Positions 61,055-64,000 of a stretch of 64,000 nt of DNA are shown one piece after another. Source of the DNA: Candidatus Poriferihabitaceae bacterium (GTDB lineage Bacteria; Pseudomonadota; Gammaproteobacteria; Arenicellales; Poriferihabitantaceae); the NCBI GenBank assembly GCA_965214205.1, contig OZ243941.1, positions 736,154-800,153 on the forward strand. Direction: 5' to 3'. The notes beneath the pieces were generated by a model that ran no database searches, was not told the origin of the DNA, and was given only the letters and a program-made list of their open reading frames with translations. The position numbers were made by a program, and so were the translations under genes. The stretch's first letter is position 1, and each line of letters opens with the position of its first letter.

Positions 61055-62350
61055 TTGAACCTTTACGAATACCAGGGCAAGCGCCTTCTGGAAGGGGCTG
61101 GAATCCTGACTCCTCCCGGGGAAATTGCGGCCACTCCCGAACAGGCTGAAGAAGTCGCGACGCGTCTCGGCGGCGACCGCTGGATGATCAAGGCGCAGGT
61201 TCTATCCAGCGGCCGCGCTCGCGGTTCTTTTGTCGATGTGGACCGGTTTCGGGGTTTGGATCCGGTCGGCGGCGTCCATCAGGTAAATAATCACCTGGAT
61301 GTCCATCCGTATGCCAATGCGATGCTGGGAAATATTCTGAAGGCCGCGCAAACCGGAGAAGGAGGCGCGGTCGTTGAGCGGGTTTATCTGGAAAAGGTGC
61401 TGGAATTCGAGCGCGAACTTTCGATGGCGATGCTGGTGGACGCGAAGCTGGGGAAAGTGGTCTTGCTGTATTCGAACCATGGCGGGTCCGATATTGAATC
61501 GGTTGCGGCACAGGAACCGGAATCCATATACAAGCTGGTCATTGAAGAGGATGCCGGGGCCACGCCGGCGCAGCTTGAAACGCTCACCGGAAACCTCAAC
61601 CTGACCGGTAAACTGGCTGATCAGGCAAAACAGATCGTGCGTAAAATCCATAGCCTGTTTGTTGACCGGGACGCGAGTTTGATCGAAATCAATCCTTTGG
61701 CCGTTGTCGGCGGGGACCTGGTGGCGCTGGATTCAAAGATTGCGCTGGATGACAATGCGATGTTCCGTCAGCGGCAAAACCGGTATCTGGCGCAGGACGC
61801 CTGGCGGCCGGATGATCGGCTGCAGGCCAGCAAGCATGGTTTCAACTATTTCAGGATGGATGGAAATATCGGTTTTCTGGCAGTCGGAGCGGGGTTGTCC
61901 ATGGCGACGATTGACGCCATCAAATATCTGGGCGGTGAGTCGGCGAACTTTCTGGATTTGCCCCCGGATTCAAAGATTGCGCGCAGCCGCAGCGCTATTG
62001 AGCAGGTTTTGAACACCCCGTCTGTGGACTGTTTTCTGATCAATGTGTTTGGCGGCGGCATCATGCGGTGCGATACGATCGCCGATGCGCTGTTACTGAT
62101 CAACCGGTCAGCGCCCATTACAGTCCCGGTGGTTGTCCGGTTCTCGGGCACCAATGCGGATTTGGCCAAACGCCGGTTAAGAGAATCCATGCCGCAGGTT
62201 TTTATTGCCGGAAGCATGGCCCAGGCCGCGCTGAAAGCGGTTGAAATTGCCGCAGACGCCGGCTCAGCCGGCAAACGGTTGCCGCAGGCCGATGAGCATT
62301 CACTGGTCGGGCGAGTCAAAAAGCTGCTGGTTGGCGGAAAACAGGGATAA
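61055..62350 (+). CDS. succinyl-CoA synthetase beta-subunit-like ATP-grasp protein (divergent paralogue)
   Basis: (M)NLYEYQGKRLL, SLIEINPL and DGNIGFLAVGAGLSMAT blocks. TTG start chosen at 61055 (the ORF is open from 61001). It has loop insertions and a C-terminal extension relative to E. coli SucC. Confidence 0.75.
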   Translation: MNLYEYQGKRLLEGAGILTPPGEIAATPEQAEEVATRLGGDRWMIKAQVLSSGRARGSFVDVDRFRGLDPVGGVHQVNNHLDVHPYANAMLGNILKAAQTGEGGAVVERVYLEKVLEFERELSMAMLVDAKLGKVVLLYSNHGGSDIESVAAQEPESIYKLVIEEDAGATPAQLETLTGNLNLTGKLADQAKQIVRKIHSLFVDRDASLIEINPLAVVGGDLVALDSKIALDDNAMFRQRQNRYLAQDAWRPDDRLQASKHGFNYFRMDGNIGFLAVGAGLSMATIDAIKYLGGESANFLDLPPDSKIARSRSAIEQVLNTPSVDCFLINVFGGGIMRCDTIADALLLINRSAPITVPVVVRFSGTNADLAKRRLRESMPQVFIAGSMAQAALKAVEIAADAGSAGKRLPQADEHSLVGRVKKLLVGGKQG

Positions 62351-62353
62351 TCC

Positions 62354-63232
62354 ATGTCCATTCTGGTTGATTCTTCCACTCGCGTCATCTGTCAGGGAAT
62401 AACCGGCAGTCAGGCCACGTTCTATGTCGAGCGCGCAATTTCATCCGGCACAAAAATGGTGGGCGGAGTCAGGCCGGGCAAGGGCGGAGGCCGTCATCTG
62501 GGGTTGCCGGTTTTCGACAGCGTAGAACGGGCGAAAGCCGAAACACAAGCCGATACGACCGTCATTTTCGTGCCGAAGGAGTCCGCGGCGGCGGCCATGA
62601 TCGAGGCGATTGAAGCGGAAATGACGCTGATTGTCTGTATCACTGAGCATATCCCGGTACTGGATATGGTCCGTGTGGCGCGGATGCTGGAGCAGGGTAA
62701 TTCCACATTGATCGGGCCTAACAGCCCCGGGATCATCACACCACAAGGCTGCCGGATTGGTATCATGCCGGCCGAGATTTTCAAGCCGGGGCGCGTCGGC
62801 GTGGTTTCCCGTTCAAGTACATTGACCTACGAAGCGGTGTCGCAAACGACTGCCGCCGGGCTGGGTCAGTCAACCTGTATCGGCATTGGCGGCGACCCGG
62901 TGCATGGAATCAATTTTGTCGATTGTCTGAAGCTGTTCAATGACGACCCGGAAACCGATGGGATTGTTCTGATTGGCGAGATCGGAGGAACCGAAGAAGA
63001 GCAGGCGGCGCAGTATCTGTCGGAACAGTCCGGTTCAAAGCCGGTGGTCGCGTATATCGCCGGGCAACACGCGCCCAGCGAGCGTCGTATGGGTCATGCC
63101 AGCGCTATCATTGAACATAACGCGGGTTCGGCTACAGGAAAAATGGCGTTGCTCGTGGAAGCCGGGGTGACCGTCGTTGAATCTCCGGTTCATATCGGCG
63201 CTACCATTTTCGGCATGTTGAAGCCGGTATAA
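62354..63232 (+). CDS. succinyl-CoA synthetase alpha-subunit-like protein
   Basis: MSILVDSSTRVICQGITGSQATF, GPNSPGIITP, SRSSTLTYEA, and phospho-His region RMGHASAII. Confidence 0.85.
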   Translation: MSILVDSSTRVICQGITGSQATFYVERAISSGTKMVGGVRPGKGGGRHLGLPVFDSVERAKAETQADTTVIFVPKESAAAAMIEAIEAEMTLIVCITEHIPVLDMVRVARMLEQGNSTLIGPNSPGIITPQGCRIGIMPAEIFKPGRVGVVSRSSTLTYEAVSQTTAAGLGQSTCIGIGGDPVHGINFVDCLKLFNDDPETDGIVLIGEIGGTEEEQAAQYLSEQSGSKPVVAYIAGQHAPSERRMGHASAIIEHNAGSATGKMALLVEAGVTVVESPVHIGATIFGMLKPV

Positions 63233-63370
63233 CCGGGTTTGGATTTGTCAGTCCCGATAGAGTAGTATTAACGGGTCACTCGCAAAGTGACGATGCCACC
63301 TGACCGTTCGGGCACGAGTTTTGCACCCGGAAATGCTTTACAACGGGAATCAGGTTGGTTATTCTTGGAA

Positions 63371-63396
63371 TTGGTATGTGGTATACCAGATACCAA
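63371..63396. promoter_or_regulatory. 26-bp near-perfect palindrome TTGGTATGTGGTATACCAGATACCAA, candidate operator upstream of tctC
   Basis: 12 of 13 symmetric pairs, read directly. The core TGGTATACCA lies about 80 nt upstream of the tctC ATG. Confidence 0.5.
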
Positions 63397-63475
63397 TTTG
63401 AAATTACCCAGGCCGGCTGTTTGCGGATTTTTGGGCTTACGGCCCGGTTCGGGATCACATTTTTGGAGATTATTA

Positions 63476-64000
63476 ATGATTAAGCAAGCAAAAGCCTTAC
63501 TGCTGGCAGCCCTTCTTGTAGTGGTTGGCGCGGGTACCGGCTATTCCCAGTCAGCATCAGCCTGGGAACCTAAAAAACCCGTTGAGTTGATTATCATGGC
63601 CGGCGCAGGTGGGGGTGCAGATCAGATTGCACGACTGTTGCAGGGGTTGATTGAATCAAAAGATCTTTCACCTCGCCCTTTTATTCCGATAAACAAGCCT
63701 GGCGGCTCCGGCGGTGAAGCCTTGCGCTATCTGCAGGACAAGGCAGGTGACGACCATACCGTACTGGTTACGCTCAACAGCTTTTATACGACTCCGATCA
63801 TCCAGAAGGAACTTGGCGTTGATGTCAGTAACTTTACCCCGATCGGGCGCATGGCTGTGGATAACTTTCTGTTGTGGGTTCATGCCGACATGGCCGATAT
63901 AACCGATCTGGACAGCTATATCGCGGCGGTAAAAGCGAAAGGCAACACCTGGAAAGTCGGGGGTACCGGTACCGGCCAGGAGGATTCCATCCTGACCGCG
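63476..64000 (+). CDS. tripartite tricarboxylate transporter substrate-binding protein (TctC/Bug family), 3' end outside the window
   Basis: Not in the ORF track because there is no stop in the window. My translation: MIKQAKALLLAALLVVVGAGTGYSQSASAWEPKKPVELIIMAGAGGGADQIARLL...NKPGGSGGEA. An SD (GGAGA) precedes the ATG. Confidence 0.8.
   Translation, partial: MIKQAKALLLAALLVVVGAGTGYSQSASAWEPKKPVELIIMAGAGGGADQIARLLQGLIESKDLSPRPFIPINKPGGSGGEALRYLQDKAGDDHTVLVTLNSFYTTPIIQKELGVDVSNFTPIGRMAVDNFLLWVHADMADITDLDSYIAAVKAKGNTWKVGGTGTGQEDSILTA

Noticed and set aside
63441-63470. A tRNA-like T-loop string, GGTTCGGGATC, in the sucD-tctC spacer.
   Set aside because: No complementary T-stem, acceptor stem or anticodon arm can be drawn around it. 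No other intergenic gap in the window shows a cloverleaf either.

Overview
This is a densely coding chromosomal segment (about 90% coding) that reads as core genome of a Gammaproteobacterium. Hand counts of a few 60-nt lines give roughly 57-60% G+C. Supporting gene order: kdsD-lptCAB-hpf-ptsN-rapZ-npr, petABC-sspAB, hslVU, and zur-znuCB divergent from znuA. I recognise about 68 protein genes. I found no rRNA, tRNA, CRISPR array, transposase, integrase or phage genes.

Most of the window is housekeeping: katG, mrcA, aroKB, gltBD, hemE, rpoH, mnmA, purB, pyrD, ileS, gltA, fba.

Content worth a second look:
1. A five-gene corrinoid/methyl-THF methyl-transfer operon (1216-5941) resembles a disassembled MetH core with an ATP-dependent RACo/RamA-type activator. 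It has no substrate-side methyltransferase in cis. The carrier protein has a poly-acidic N-terminus, and both partner enzymes end in near-identical Gly3/Arg-rich tails.
2. The canonical lptB-rpoN-hpf locus lacks rpoN, and a GAF-less enzyme I is attached to it.
3. An AorABC-type, presumably tungsten, aldehyde:ferredoxin oxidoreductase cluster (53859-59370) carries two MoaD paralogues, MoaA, and an unassigned 105-aa ORF ending in GGG.
4. A Thermus/eukaryote-like type-2 IleRS sits next to a decayed patch (HigA N-terminal fragment, possible helicase-IV N-terminal fragment).
5. A divergent SucCD-like ligase pair lies next to a TctC transporter gene and a 26-bp palindrome.
6. An orphan PD-(D/E)XK-like ORF is translationally coupled to hemE.
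7. An MFS transporter is split by a 1-nt frameshift.

I did not find an obvious defence island or mobile element. The novelty candidates are items 1 and 3. All protein identifications come from motif recognition by eye, and no searches were run.
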